From Mobula hypostoma (taxonomy: Eukaryota): a stretch of 64,000 nucleotides of DNA. This document shows positions 63,487 through 64,000 of the stretch, one piece after another. Numbering within the stretch: the stretch's first letter is position 1; every line of letters starts with the position of its first letter. The notes below the pieces were generated by a model. It worked only from the letters and a program-made list of their open reading frames with translations, did not search any database and was not told the DNA's origin. The position numbers and the translations under genes are program-made. Location of the stretch: NCBI RefSeq assembly GCF_963921235.1, contig NC_086097.1, positions 107,448,001-107,512,000 of the forward strand. The letters run 5' to 3'.

Positions 63487-63885
63487 TATTTCCCCCGCTA
63501 AGGTAGAGCATTTCCATGAAACCTTTTGTGCTGAAATGGCGTAAAGCAAAGGAGCAATTACCATTAATTTATATGGGAAAAATTTTTGAGCATTCCCAGA
63601 CCCAAAAAATGACCTACCAAATCATAGCAAATAACACATAAAACCTAAAATAACTCTCACATATAATAAAAGCATTAATGATACGATAATTACACAGCCT
63701 ATATAAAGTAGAAATAATGTATGTACAGTGTAGTCGGGAAGATTAAGCCAAAACCAATTTATGAAAAAAAATAGGCACATACGCACATGCGCATGTCACA
63801 TATGCGAATGTCACGCATGCGCACACAGATGCCCGTGCAAAGCTTCATGCCCATGGTAGTCTTTTTTGGGGTAAACACAAAGAGT
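63487..63885. mobile_element. Tigger-type end, family of 48234-48620
   Basis: aaggtagagc..atgaaac..atttatatgggaaaa..cagacccaaaaa..acctaccaaatcat shared. Confidence 0.75.
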
Positions 63886-63889
63886 CCAG

Positions 63890-63987
63890 TCAACACACAC
63901 AAAAATTGCTGGTGACCGCAGCAGGCCAGGCAGCATCTATAGGAAGAGGCACAGTCGACGTTTCGGGCCGGGACCCTTCGTCAGGAT
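63890..63987 (-). mobile_element. Penelope mini-element with intact hammerhead core
   Basis: Minus strand cCTGACGAagggtcccggcccGAAACGTCgactg. Confidence 0.8.
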
Positions 63988-64000
63988 TTGTCTGCTACTT

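Overview
Eukaryotic, repeat-saturated vertebrate DNA. The repeat mix (CR1, Rex1/Babar, RTE, V-SINE, Penelope, Tc1, Tigger) suggests a cartilaginous fish; this is an inference. No intact host gene is visible, only a few weak exon candidates. Bases 1-27,900 are a mosaic of LINE, SINE, Penelope and DNA-transposon fragments. Bases ~27,900-44,700 hide two decayed, internally deleted endogenous retroviruses (gag-pol-env, + and - strand) that converge tail-to-tail near 36.7-37.1 kb and are broken up by nested insertions. Bases 44,695-49,880 are a Gypsy element lacking RT/RNase H. Bases ~49,881-62,418 are a ~12.5-kb C-rich/G-rich satellite whose monomer also occurs once, inverted, inside the adjacent LTR. 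The most notable RNA signals are an HDV-like ribozyme fold at the exact 5' end of a 543-bp non-coding retroelement (7057-7599) and seven minimal hammerhead motifs in Penelope-derived repeats. All family assignments come from manual translation and recalled motifs, not database searches, and most boundaries are approximate.
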